64,000 nucleotides of DNA from an uncultured Pseudomonadales bacterium (GCA_964398525.1 CAYNMS010000001.1:6569-70568), one strand, 5' to 3'. Shown: positions 51,226-60,383, numbered from the stretch's first letter. Notes: generated by a model not told the origin, from the sequence alone. Program-made: numbers and translations.

Positions 51226-51652
51226 GCTTTAGTCTAGCCCACTCGTCAACAAACTTTTTCAAAAAACCTCCATCATCCCCAGTCTCCAAACCTCTAAACT
51301 CTTCTGGTCTAACCCACTTCCACACCTTGTGTTCGCTAGAAAGTCTCACTTGTGTTCCGCTTGCTTTTCCCCACCAACCAATTACCACCACCTCTATCCC
51401 CTCAGGCTTACTCCCCATGCTCGACTCCACTCTCAAAGGTTTGATATCACCAATTTCCAATCCTGTCTCTTCTAACACTTCCCGTCTAACACTATCATGA
51501 ATCTCCTCCCCAACTTCTAAATTCCCTCCTGGCAAATCCCACGCGCTTGGCCGTCGACAATCACTATCTTGCCGCTTAAGTGCCAACACTCTACCCTCTT
51601 CATTTACTACCACCACTTTAGAAAAAACTTTTACCTTCTCAAGATACTTCAT
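51218..51652 (-). CDS. NUDIX hydrolase (MutT-like)
   Basis: Nudix box GGNLEVGEEIHDSVRREVLEETGL (Gx5Ex7REUxEExGU). 144 aa. Confidence 0.8.
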   Translation of the reverse strand: MKYLEKVKVFSKVVVVNEEGRVLALKRQDSDCRRPSAWDLPGGNLEVGEEIHDSVRREVLEETGLEIGDIKPLRVESSMGSKPEGIEVVVIGWWGKASGTQVRLSSEHKVWKWVRPEEFRGLETGDDGGFLKKFVDEWARLKHE

Positions 51653-52523
51653 TCTTTCTCCTCTGGCACTTGGGACACCAATATGTTCCCCGCCCTCCTA
51701 GTTTTGCCTTTACCATTTCTCCTCCACACCCTTTTCTCAAACATCTCTCTCCTTCTCTTCCATATGCCAAAAAATGTTCCTGATACTTGCCCCCCATTCC
51801 GGCAATATCTACGTAATTACTATAACTTGCCCCACCTAGTTCAATTCCCTTATGTAGCACCTTTACCATTGCCTCGTGCAATCTTTCCACTTCCTGCTTT
51901 CCCAAATCTTTAGCTGGCTTAAACGGATCAATTTGGGCCAACCACAACGCATCGTTGGCATAAATATTTCCCATCCCTCCCATCTTGGCTTGATCCAAAA
52001 TCACCAATTTAACTGGCCTTGTAGATTTGCCTAACACCCCTCCCAAATACTCCACCCCAAACCTCTTATCCACCACATCCGGCGGCAATTGCCTCCGAAG
52101 GACCAAGAACTCCTTACCACTTACCAATCTCCACCAGCCAAACACTCTCATGTCATTAAAATATAGCCTGGCTCCGTCTTCAAATCTCACTACAATTCTC
52201 GTGTGTGTACTCGGCAGTTTACCCACCCAGTCTCCACTTGGATGTCCTCCCACCACTCTGTCATTACTCTCCTTCTCTACAAATATCAACTGGCCAGTCA
52301 TTTTTAAGTGAATTAACAGGCGCCTGTCTCCAGTCTCAAACTCCACCACAATCATTTTTGCCAGTCTTCCCACGCTCTTTATTTGCTTTCGATTTAGCAC
52401 ATCCAAGCCACTTCTAGCGCTTTTTTCCCGTCTGACCTCAACCTGAGCGATTGTTCTGCCGACAAGTACTTGATCTAACTGCTTGGCAATAGTTTCAACT
52501 TCAGGTAATTCTGGCATCCACAA
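51639..52523 (-). CDS. mutM: formamidopyrimidine-DNA glycosylase (Fpg/MutM; Nei family)
   Basis: N-terminal catalytic MPELPEVETI (Pro2, Glu3), H2TH region, C-terminal CxxC...CxxC zinc finger (RCLRKGCGG...YWCPKCQ). Confidence 0.85.
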   Translation of the reverse strand: MWMPELPEVETIAKQLDQVLVGRTIAQVEVRREKSARSGLDVLNRKQIKSVGRLAKMIVVEFETGDRRLLIHLKMTGQLIFVEKESNDRVVGGHPSGDWVGKLPSTHTRIVVRFEDGARLYFNDMRVFGWWRLVSGKEFLVLRRQLPPDVVDKRFGVEYLGGVLGKSTRPVKLVILDQAKMGGMGNIYANDALWLAQIDPFKPAKDLGKQEVERLHEAMVKVLHKGIELGGASYSNYVDIAGMGGKYQEHFLAYGREGERCLRKGCGGEMVKAKLGGRGTYWCPKCQRRKNEVS

Positions 52524-52557
52524 GCCTCCTAAAACTTATACTATTCTTCCCACTCTT

Positions 52558-53670
52558 TCACCGTCGCCGTAGTTTTTCTTCCACAAACGCAACCATCTCT
52601 TTTTTAAATCTTTCCTTTCCAAACTTCTCTCCATGTTTTCTTATCTGAGCCGGACTAAAACTCACTCCCTTTTCCTCCAATTTCCTTATCCCGCTAGCCA
52701 CACTCTCAGCCGTCAGTTCATCAACAAACACTCCAGTTTTCCCCTCCAACACCGTCTCCTGATATCCTCCCCCTCTGAAAGCTACTACAGGTGTCCCCGC
52801 CATCATCGACTCTACCGGAGTAATTCCAAAATCCTCATCACTTGCCAACGCCAAAAATCCCTTAGCTCCTCGATACAATCCAGCCAATTCCTCATCCTCA
52901 AGATACCCCAAAAACTCTACCGTCCCCCCTGCAGCCTCTTTCAGTTTCTTCATCTCTCCACTCCATCCAGCCGCCGCCCCAACTACTTTCAAAGGCACTC
53001 TCAACTTGTTGGCTGCCTCTACTGCCAAAGACAATCCTTTTCCTCCCACGATCCTCGATATTACCAGATAATAGTTACCCTTCTCCTTCTCTTGGCTACC
53101 CACCAACTCTACCGGTGGATAAATCACATCTGCTTCTCGTCTGTAAAACTTGTTTATTCTCTCTCTCGTGTTCTGCGAGTTTGCAATAAAATAATCCACT
53201 CTCTGGGCGCTCAAATAATCATATTGCCTGAGTCTGTTATTCACTACTTTGGCATATTGCCTCACCATCCAATATTTCTGCCACTCCACACTTGTGGGAT
53301 ATCCATACAAATACCTTGGTGGCGTATGGCAATAGCAAATATTCAAGGCACTATCTTTGGTTATCACTCCTTTGGTGATATACCAAGACGCGCTCGTCAC
53401 CACCAAGTCATAGTCTTCAAATGTAAAACTCTCCCAGATGTAAGGTGCCAAAAATCGTAGCGGACTATGAAGCTTACTTCTAAACCCAGGTATCTTCGCC
53501 GCCCATGACTCAATTAACTGTTTGTCTTCAAACCTTTTATAGGCAGGCGAATCTTTTCTGGCAAAAGCTGTATAAATCGGCGCCTCTGGCCAGATTTCAG
53601 TCATTGCCAACAACACCCTCTCCGCCCCGCCAAACTCCGATAAATAATCGTGAACTAAGGCTACTTTCAT
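52558..53670 (-). CDS. glycosyltransferase family 4 (GT-B)
   Basis: N-terminal KVALVHDYLSEFGGAERV and C-terminal EDFGITPVESMMAGTPVVAFRGGG (EX7E motif). 370 aa. Confidence 0.8.
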   Translation of the reverse strand: MKVALVHDYLSEFGGAERVLLAMTEIWPEAPIYTAFARKDSPAYKRFEDKQLIESWAAKIPGFRSKLHSPLRFLAPYIWESFTFEDYDLVVTSASWYITKGVITKDSALNICYCHTPPRYLYGYPTSVEWQKYWMVRQYAKVVNNRLRQYDYLSAQRVDYFIANSQNTRERINKFYRREADVIYPPVELVGSQEKEKGNYYLVISRIVGGKGLSLAVEAANKLRVPLKVVGAAAGWSGEMKKLKEAAGGTVEFLGYLEDEELAGLYRGAKGFLALASDEDFGITPVESMMAGTPVVAFRGGGYQETVLEGKTGVFVDELTAESVASGIRKLEEKGVSFSPAQIRKHGEKFGKERFKKEMVAFVEEKLRRR

Positions 53671-53697
53671 CTCTAAATTATACCTGCCTCAATTCCT

Positions 53698-54705
53698 TCA
53701 AAATAGCGCCTCTTGTACACTCATTTCAAATTCATCTGCCGGCAGTCTCTTTATCAAACTTTTAAACCCAAACTTCTCAAACAATGCTACTGTTTCTCTC
53801 TTGTCATAACCAGTCACTCGGCAGTCCTCAAGTTTAAGCTCAATCGGCACTTCCCTCATTATGGTCGCCAATTCCCGGCTTTTAAATGCCAGTTCTCTGC
53901 CCTCTATTAGTTTAGCCACCACCGCCACACCCACTCCCATCTTTAAGGCTATTTCCTTTAACTGCTTTGCCTCAATTTCCTCACTTTCACTCTCAGTTCC
54001 CAACACTTCACTTCTTGCTTCATCCAGTTTGTTATAAACACCCTCTAAATTCTCAAATTTCTTCAGTAACTCTACCGCTGTCTTTGGTCCAATTCCCCTA
54101 ATTCCCGGTATATTGTCACTGCTGTCTCCGGCCAACCCTTTGTAATCTACCACTTGGTCTTTCCTGACTCCCAACTTTTGCTCAACCTCTTCTTCCCCAT
54201 ACATTATCGATGGCTTACTTCTCATTCCAGGAATAAAAACTAACACCTTCTTGTTCTCTACCAACTGAAAAATGTCTTGATCTCCAGTCACAATTACGGT
54301 TTCTATCTCATGCTTGCTTTCGTCTCGTGCTTGCTCAGCTATTGTGCCGATTAAATCATCCGCTTCAAATCCCTTGACTGCAAACATGGGCATGTTCATT
54401 TTCTCCACCACCTCAAAGGCTCTTGGCACTTGTTCCTTAAACTCTTCCGGCGCTTTCTGTCGATTGGCTTTATACTTTTCATAACCATCTTTCCTAAACG
54501 TCGGCCCTTCACTATCAAAACAAATCGCCATGTGAGTCGGTTTCAATTCCTCTATCACCGACAACAATATCGAAGCAAACCCATACACCGCATTTACCAT
54601 CGCCCCGTCAGGCGAAGTCAAATATGGAATCGCATAAAACGCTCTAAAAAGTAGCGAGTGCCCATCAACCAATACCAATCTGTCTTTCTTTTTCTTGTCT
54701 GCCAT
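53698..54705 (-). CDS. stand-alone 5'-3' exonuclease (Pol I N-terminal / FEN-like, ExoIX-type)
   Basis: LVLVDGHSLLFRAFYA start and metal-binding acidic clusters (AFDSEGPTFR, FEADDLIGT, VTGDQDIFQL), followed by a helix-hairpin-helix (GIPGIRGIGPKTAVELL). Confidence 0.85.
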   Translation of the reverse strand: MADKKKKDRLVLVDGHSLLFRAFYAIPYLTSPDGAMVNAVYGFASILLSVIEELKPTHMAICFDSEGPTFRKDGYEKYKANRQKAPEEFKEQVPRAFEVVEKMNMPMFAVKGFEADDLIGTIAEQARDESKHEIETVIVTGDQDIFQLVENKKVLVFIPGMRSKPSIMYGEEEVEQKLGVRKDQVVDYKGLAGDSSDNIPGIRGIGPKTAVELLKKFENLEGVYNKLDEARSEVLGTESESEEIEAKQLKEIALKMGVGVAVVAKLIEGRELAFKSRELATIMREVPIELKLEDCRVTGYDKRETVALFEKFGFKSLIKRLPADEFEMSVQEALF

Positions 54706-54725
54706 GTCCTGATTTTACCAAAGCC

Positions 54726-55166
54726 TTATTTTGCTTTTCTCTTCCCGTCAGTTTCAGTTCTTTCTGGCTTCATACTAAAGCCCTGATTCTTCTCAATCCG
54801 TGCCAATTTTGCCTCCACCTCATCCAGCCTCTTGTCCAGCCGATTCCAATAATATCTATCCCGTACGCTAAATAATGCCACCGCTATATGTCCCACAATC
54901 AATCCAAACACCAAAACCCCCAACACTTCCAACACCATTCCCACCACTCTTCCTGCCAAAGTTACCGGATACACATCCCCCAAACCAACCCCTGTCATTG
55001 TCGTTACCGCCCACCAAACTCCGTCTTCTACATCGATAATATTTGCCCCAGCATGATTCACCTCCAGAGGCACAATCAAAATTCCCAGATTAAGAGCCAG
55101 CATTACAAATAAAACTACCAACAACTTAAACCGATGATGATGCATCAAATCCAACAAAGCTTTCAT
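54726..55166 (-). CDS. two-TM KcsA-like cation channel with non-canonical selectivity filter (GVGLGD)
   Basis: Pore helix plus filter WWAVTTMTGVGLGDVYPVT aligns with KcsA WWSVETATTVGYGDLYPVT. The Thr and Tyr of TVGYG are replaced by Gly and Leu. 146 aa, cytoplasmic charged tail. Confidence 0.6.
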   Translation of the reverse strand: MKALLDLMHHHRFKLLVVLFVMLALNLGILIVPLEVNHAGANIIDVEDGVWWAVTTMTGVGLGDVYPVTLAGRVVGMVLEVLGVLVFGLIVGHIAVALFSVRDRYYWNRLDKRLDEVEAKLARIEKNQGFSMKPERTETDGKRKAK

Positions 55167-55197
55167 TCAACCAGTATAGGTTATGCCCCACTCTCTC

Positions 55198-57156
55198 TCA
55201 ACGCTTGTTTGTCTTACTCACTCGTCTAGTGTTTTTAACCGCAACGCTTTTCCTTACCTTCTTGGCAGCCACTCTGGCTTTAGGTACTCCGACCAATTTT
55301 TCAAAATCCTCTCCATCAATCGTCTCTATTTTAACCAACTCCTCACTTACCCTATCCAGGATTTTCTTGTTTTTCTTCAGTATCGCCCTTGCCAATTCTT
55401 GTGCTTCTGACAGCAGCTTTTGCATTTCCTTATCTACCCTAGACTGAATCTCATCCGATATCTTGGTTGGTTCCATCACCGCCCGACCCCACTCTGTCGT
55501 CTCATACTGAGGCCCAAAATAAACCGGCCCCAGTCCACTCATTCCATAATCCACCACCATTGCTCTAGCTATCCTTGTGGCCCGACTTATATCACTCGAA
55601 GCCCCAGCTGTAAGTTCACCAAAAATCAGCTCCTCTGCTTCTCGACCTCCCATCATCACTGCCATCATTTCCATCAGTTCACTCTTAGTTTGCTGGTATT
55701 TATCCTGCTCTGGGGGCGTCATTGTAAAACCCAAAGCTTTACCTCTGGACACAATACTAATCCTGTGGACCGCATCCGCATGTGGACTAAAGTGAGCTAC
55801 CAGTGCATGTCCAGCCTCATGATAAGCCGTCATCTTTCTATCATGCTCGCTCTGAAGTCTCTTTTTGCTCGGTCCCAATTTCACCTTGGTTGCCGCTTCT
55901 TCCAAATCTTCCCAAGTTATTTCTTTACGTTCTTCTCTCGCGGTCAAGATTGCCGCCTCATTAAGCATGTTCTCCAGATCCGCTCCCGAAAAGCCCACCG
56001 TTCTTCTGGCAGCCCGATCCCAATCCATGTTTTTACTCACGGGTTTACCCAAACCATGGATTTTTAAGACTCTTTTTCTCTCGTCCAAATCAGGCAAATC
56101 TATCTGCACTCTCCTGTCAAATCTTCCCGGTCTAGTCAACGCCGGATCCAACAGATCTCCTCTGTTTGTCGCCGCCAACACCATCACGCTGTCATTTCTG
56201 GTAAACCCATCCATTTCCACCAAGATCTGATTCAAAGTTTGCTCTCTTTCGTCATGACCTCCAGCCGCTCCCAAACCCCTCATTCTTCCAATCGCATCAA
56301 TCTCATCGATAAAAATAATCGAAGGCGCGTTTTTCTTGGCCGTCTCAAATAAATCTCGGACTCTGCTGGCACCCACTCCCACCAACATTTCCATAAACTC
56401 ACTTCCAGCCATTGAGAAAAACGGCACTCCAGCTTCCCCTGCCACTGCCCGAGCTAATAAAGTTTTACCTGTTCCCGCAGGCCCAACCAACAACACGCCT
56501 TTTGGAGTACGCGCCCCCACTTTAGTGTATTTCTTGGGGTGTTTCAAAAAATCAACTACTTCTTCTAATTCTTTCTTAGCTTCATCCACTCCCCCCACAT
56601 CTTTAAAGGTCACATCCTGCTTGCCCTTGCTAAATAATTTTGCCTTACTTCTACCAAACCCCAAAATCCCGTCTTGTGCTCCTCTGGCTTGTCTTATCAA
56701 AAATAGGAAAAATACTCCCATCAACACCAAAGGCAGCAATGTTCCCAAAATATCCACCCACATCCTGCTCATCGATTGATCCGCTACCTCAAGCTCTACA
56801 TCGGCTACTTCCACTCCTGCGTTTTGCAGAATTTCCGTAAACGAACCCTGATCTTCAATCCTAGAATTAACTGGTTGTTCTTGATCCGCATAAAACACTC
56901 TTAGCGTTCTTCCTTCAATCAAAATTCGCTCCACCTTACCCGCTTTCACATCTGCTACTACCTCAGACAAAGGTACTTCCTCTCCGTTGCCCATTCCTCC
57001 AAAAAGCGACACAATAAACGGCACAAATAATAACAAAATCAGCAGCCACATCAACGCTCTGCGAAAATTAAACTTAAATTCCATCTCAATCTTTTTTAGA
57101 GGCTTTTTGCCTTTGGAGTCTGGTTTATCCTGCTTTTTTTCAGTTTTCTTCGCCAT
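55198..57156 (-). CDS. ftsH: ATP-dependent zinc metalloprotease FtsH
   Basis: Two N-terminal TM, AAA+ Walker [19 protein letters not shown], second region of homology, zinc site HEAGHAL. Confidence 0.95.
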   Translation of the reverse strand: MAKKTEKKQDKPDSKGKKPLKKIEMEFKFNFRRALMWLLILLLFVPFIVSLFGGMGNGEEVPLSEVVADVKAGKVERILIEGRTLRVFYADQEQPVNSRIEDQGSFTEILQNAGVEVADVELEVADQSMSRMWVDILGTLLPLVLMGVFFLFLIRQARGAQDGILGFGRSKAKLFSKGKQDVTFKDVGGVDEAKKELEEVVDFLKHPKKYTKVGARTPKGVLLVGPAGTGKTLLARAVAGEAGVPFFSMAGSEFMEMLVGVGASRVRDLFETAKKNAPSIIFIDEIDAIGRMRGLGAAGGHDEREQTLNQILVEMDGFTRNDSVMVLAATNRGDLLDPALTRPGRFDRRVQIDLPDLDERKRVLKIHGLGKPVSKNMDWDRAARRTVGFSGADLENMLNEAAILTAREERKEITWEDLEEAATKVKLGPSKKRLQSEHDRKMTAYHEAGHALVAHFSPHADAVHRISIVSRGKALGFTMTPPEQDKYQQTKSELMEMMAVMMGGREAEELIFGELTAGASSDISRATRIARAMVVDYGMSGLGPVYFGPQYETTEWGRAVMEPTKISDEIQSRVDKEMQKLLSEAQELARAILKKNKKILDRVSEELVKIETIDGEDFEKLVGVPKARVAAKKVRKSVAVKNTRRVSKTNKR

Positions 57157-57257
57157 AACGAGGGTATTCTAACCGATACTAACACTATTTACCAGGTCTA
57201 TTCTGGCACTCCTTCCCCCCAACTGCTTGCACCCAATTGTTCCTACTATCTAGTAGC

Positions 57258-57599
57258 TTATCTAACTATTGTACCCTTCGGCACCTCCCGACTAATCTCA
57301 ATTGGAATAGGCTTCTCTTGTGTGTCGCTCATCAACATCATTCCCTGACTCTCTTCTCCTCCCATTTTCTTGGGTTCCAGGTTCACCACAAACACACCCT
57401 TTTTGCCTACCATTTCCTCCGGCGAATAAACCCCTTTCACTCCGGCAAATATCACTCTTTCTCCCAACTCCTCACCTAAATCAACCGTTAGCTTTAATAA
57501 TTTACGGCTCCATTCCGGCTCTTCACACGCCACTACCTCCCCCACTCTCAACTCCAATTTCAAAAAATCTTCAAACTTAATCATGTCTTTCATCATCAA
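57258..57599 (-). CDS. tRNA-binding domain protein (CsaA/Myf/EMAP-II-like OB fold)
   Basis: DFLKLELRVGEVVACEE...KLLKLTVDLGEE...VVNLEPKKMGGEESQGMML matches the MetRS C-terminal/CsaA tRNA-binding domain pattern. Immediately downstream of trpS. Confidence 0.7.
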   Translation of the reverse strand: MMMKDMIKFEDFLKLELRVGEVVACEEPEWSRKLLKLTVDLGEELGERVIFAGVKGVYSPEEMVGKKGVFVVNLEPKKMGGEESQGMMLMSDTQEKPIPIEISREVPKGTIVR

Positions 57600-57608
57600 C
57601 TCCTTTTA

Positions 57609-58622
57609 TTAACGATTTAACTTATTCCTCTCCCCAATCACCTCATAAACTTCTTTAAGTGTCTCGCCTGCCAACTTCCTCGCTCTATCTGCCCCCTCCG
57701 CCAAAATCTCCCTCACTCGATCCACGTCTTCCTCTAACTCTTTCCTTCTTTGTCTCATGGGTTCAAATAGTTTCTGGTGCGCTTCATATAACTTTTGCTT
57801 CACTTCCACATCCCCAACTTTCCCTTCTCTGTACCTTACCTTCAAGTCTTCCACCTCATTCTCCCGCTCATTCATCAAATCGTGGTAGATAAACACCGGA
57901 TTCCCTTCTACTCTACCGGGGTCAGTCGGGTGAATTCTGGCTGGATCTGTAAAACTGCCCATTATCTGTTTTCGCACCATTTCAGGTTCAACAAAAATCC
58001 CAATCGTATTCCCCAAACTCTTACTCATTTTCCGCTCCCCATCCGTTCCTACAATCTTCCCCGTTTCTTTGCTAATCATCGGCTCTGGCAACGAAAACAC
58101 TTGTGATTTATAAGTCCGGTTAAAGTTTTCTGCAATATCTCGGGCTAGTTCTATATGCTGCCTCTGGTCTTCACCCACCGGCACTCCATCTGGCTTGTAC
58201 GCCAAAATATCCGCTGCCATCAATATTGGGTAATTAAATAGCCCCATATTAATCGCATCTCGCCTCTCCCCCTTCTCCAATTTATCTTTAAACGCATGCA
58301 TCCGTTTCATCTGTCCATACGACACATAGTTAGCCAGTACCACCGCCAACTGAGACTGTTCCGGTACATCCGACTGCCTAAAAAACACACACTTTTCCGG
58401 ATCAAGCCCCAAGGCTAAATAATCTAAAACCACCCCCACAATGTTTTTCTCCAATTCATCTTTATTCTGAACCGTCGTCAATGCGTGCAAATCTGCTACA
58501 AAATAATAAGTCTCTTCGATACTGTCTTGTAGCTCAATATGAGGCTTCACCGCCCCAAAATAATTCCCAATATGCAACTCGCTCCCACTTGGTGTAATCC
58601 CTGCTAGTACTCTTTTAAACAT
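57609..58622 (-). CDS. trpS: tryptophan--tRNA ligase
   Basis: Class I HIGH-type motif (TPSGSELHIGNYFG), KMSKS, and the Trp-specific GxDQ region (PVGEDQRQHIEL). Confidence 0.9.
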   Translation of the reverse strand: MFKRVLAGITPSGSELHIGNYFGAVKPHIELQDSIEETYYFVADLHALTTVQNKDELEKNIVGVVLDYLALGLDPEKCVFFRQSDVPEQSQLAVVLANYVSYGQMKRMHAFKDKLEKGERRDAINMGLFNYPILMAADILAYKPDGVPVGEDQRQHIELARDIAENFNRTYKSQVFSLPEPMISKETGKIVGTDGERKMSKSLGNTIGIFVEPEMVRKQIMGSFTDPARIHPTDPGRVEGNPVFIYHDLMNERENEVEDLKVRYREGKVGDVEVKQKLYEAHQKLFEPMRQRRKELEEDVDRVREILAEGADRARKLAGETLKEVYEVIGERNKLNR

Positions 58623-58687
58623 GTTTTCCTTTTATTTCTGATTTTATATCATAACTTAATTTCATGTCCCAACTCATTCAATCAACC

Positions 58688-59881
58688 CTAAGTTCTATCC
58701 TTCAATAGATTTTCATATATATTCTCCACATCTTTATCCCCTCTACCGGACAAATTCACCACTACCACTTCATCATCCAGCCTCTTTACTAATTTCGACA
58801 CATAAGCTAAAGCATGTGCCGATTCCAACGCTGGAATAATACCTTCATTTCTTGATAATTGCACCACCGCAATTACCGCTTCCTTATCGTCAATCCCTTC
58901 CACCTCCAACCGGCCAATATCATAAAGGTACGACAATTCAGGACTCACTCCCGGATAATCTAAACCAGATGCTGCCGAATAGGATTCAGTCACTTCGCCA
59001 TTTTCATCTACCAAAACACGGCATCGAAATCCATGAATATCTCCAGGTTTTCCCTTCATTAACGACATTCCGTGTTTCTTTGTGCTCACTCCTCGTCCAG
59101 CCGGTTCAACGGCCACTAGTTTTACTTTTTCGTCTCGAATAAACGAGTAAAATAATCCCAGAGCATTCGATCCTCCTCCGACACAAGCCACGACATAATC
59201 CGGTAACTGACCCAATTTCTGCAGTAACTCAGTTTTTACCTCCTTGCCAATCACAGCTTGAAAATCTCTAACCATAAGAGGATACGGATCTGGTCCCACT
59301 GCCGATCCCAACATATAAAAACTATTCCCATCATTAACATATGCCTCCAAGGCTTCATCTATCGCGTCCTTTAACGTCCTCTGTCCTCGAGTCACGGTCT
59401 GCACACTTGCTCCCAGCAGTTTCATTCGATAAACATTCATTTTTTGATTTTTTACATCTCTTGCCCCCATATAAATGGTTGCTTTCATCCCGAACTTGGC
59501 CGCCACTGTCGCAACCGCCACCCCGTGTTGACCCGCTCCCGTTTCGGCAATTAATCGTTTTTTTCTCAAAAACTTAGCCACCAAAGCTTGTCCGACAGTG
59601 TTGTTTATCTTATGAGCTCCAGTATGATTTAGATCTTCTCGCTTTAAATACACCCTCGCTTTGCTATCTTTAGGGACTAAACTCGCTGCCTCATATAACA
59701 GGCTCGGCCTTCCAACAAATTCCCGATACAGTTTTTCCAATTCATTTTTGAACTTGTCATCATGTTTCAATCGAATGTATGTCTCTTTCAATTGACCTAA
59801 CTTTCTCTCCAAAATTGGCGGCACCAATCTTCCTCCATATTGACCAAATTTGCCATTTTCGTCTGGAAATGTATATCTCAT
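58688..59881 (-). CDS. trpB: tryptophan synthase beta chain, stand-alone (no adjacent trpA)
   Basis: PLP-lysine motif LNHTGAHKINN, GGGSNALG, GAGQHG. Start placed at 59881 (AAGGA 7 nt upstream). The track's ATG at 59920 sits directly on the terminator T-tract with no SD. Confidence 0.85.
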   Translation of the reverse strand: MRYTFPDENGKFGQYGGRLVPPILERKLGQLKETYIRLKHDDKFKNELEKLYREFVGRPSLLYEAASLVPKDSKARVYLKREDLNHTGAHKINNTVGQALVAKFLRKKRLIAETGAGQHGVAVATVAAKFGMKATIYMGARDVKNQKMNVYRMKLLGASVQTVTRGQRTLKDAIDEALEAYVNDGNSFYMLGSAVGPDPYPLMVRDFQAVIGKEVKTELLQKLGQLPDYVVACVGGGSNALGLFYSFIRDEKVKLVAVEPAGRGVSTKKHGMSLMKGKPGDIHGFRCRVLVDENGEVTESYSAASGLDYPGVSPELSYLYDIGRLEVEGIDDKEAVIAVVQLSRNEGIIPALESAHALAYVSKLVKRLDDEVVVVNLSGRGDKDVENIYENLLKDRT

Positions 59882-59920
59882 TTTTTTCCTTAATAACTTA
59901 TCAATAAAAATAAATGCCAT

Positions 59921-59942
59921 AAAAAAACCCGCCTTCGCGGGT
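59921..59942 (-). terminator. intrinsic terminator (AACCCGC-GAAG-GCGGGTT + T7) between the Trp-rich leader ORF and trpB; candidate attenuator
   Basis: GC-rich stem seen directly, followed on the minus transcript by TTTTTTT. 28 nt downstream of the leader ORF stop and 40 nt upstream of the trpB start. Confidence 0.5.
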
Positions 59943-59969
59943 TAAGTTTATTTCAACAAAAAAGCCGAC

Positions 59970-60035
59970 TTAAACTTGTCCGCGCCATAAAAGATACATC
60001 TGCCACCAATCTCTGGATAAAAGCTTATTCAACAT
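59970..60035 (-). CDS. 21-codon leader peptide with three Trp codons (MLNKLLSRDWWQMYLLWRGQV), a candidate trp attenuation leader
   Basis: ATG at 60035 is preceded by GGGAGG with 7-nt spacing. TGG TGG tandem at 60003..60008 and a third TGG at 59985..59987, all in frame, ending in TAA. It overlaps the last codons of the TrpR-like gene. Confidence 0.5.
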   Translation of the reverse strand: MLNKLLSRDWWQMYLLWRGQV

Positions 60036-60282
60036 TCTTAAACCTCCCTAGCTGCAATTCTCTTGACCCTCTTGTCACCGTCGCAACTCCAATTTCCAAG
60101 TCTTGAGCAATCTGTCTCTGTTTATCACCGAATTTAAGTCGCCTGACAATCTCCAATCTCTTTGAAACTTGTTCCAACTCACCAGGAGTCAATATTCCCG
60201 TCAAAAAACTCTCCATCTCCTCTCGAGTCTGAATTCTAAGCATGTGGCCTATCAACTGATTCAACAATTGTTTTGTTTTCAT
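60025..60282 (-). CDS. TrpR-like DNA-binding protein (YerC/YecD family)
   Basis: 85 aa. The C-terminal helix-turn-helix QRQIAQDLEIGVATVTRGSRELQ matches the Trp-repressor/YerC fold signature (..IA...GVS.ATITRVSR.L). Confidence 0.65.
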   Translation of the reverse strand: MKTKQLLNQLIGHMLRIQTREEMESFLTGILTPGELEQVSKRLEIVRRLKFGDKQRQIAQDLEIGVATVTRGSRELQLGRFKNVE

Positions 60283-60295
60283 ATACTAGTACAGA

Positions 60296-60323
60296 AGTAT
60301 ACCATGTTCTCTTCAAAAATCAA
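60296..60323 (-). promoter_or_regulatory. candidate promoter for the TrpR-like/leader/trpB/trpS operon (-35 TTGATT / 16 nt / -10 TATACT)
   Basis: Hexamers read on the minus strand. TSS would be about 7 nt upstream of the ATG, giving a near-leaderless mRNA. By eye only. Confidence 0.3.
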
Positions 60324-60344
60324 TCCTGCCCAGTCACTGATATC

Positions 60345-60373
60345 TTGAACCAAACCCCTTTGCCTGATAAAAT
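60345..60373 (+). promoter_or_regulatory. sigma70-type promoter for the tRNA(CAT) gene (-35 TTGAAC / 17 nt / -10 TAAAAT)
   Basis: Near-consensus hexamers with 17-nt spacer. Predicted TSS 2-4 nt before the tRNA 5' end. Confidence 0.45.
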
Positions 60374-60383
60374 ACCTCTTACG

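Noticed and set aside
58623-58687. T-box riboswitch upstream of trpS
   Set aside because: Only 65 nt separate trpB and trpS and 143 nt separate the TrpR-like gene and trpB, far too short for a ~250-nt T-box leader. No specifier-loop or T-box consensus (AATTAGGGTGGNACCGCG) is seen. Regulation is more consistent with the peptide-leader attenuator reported.
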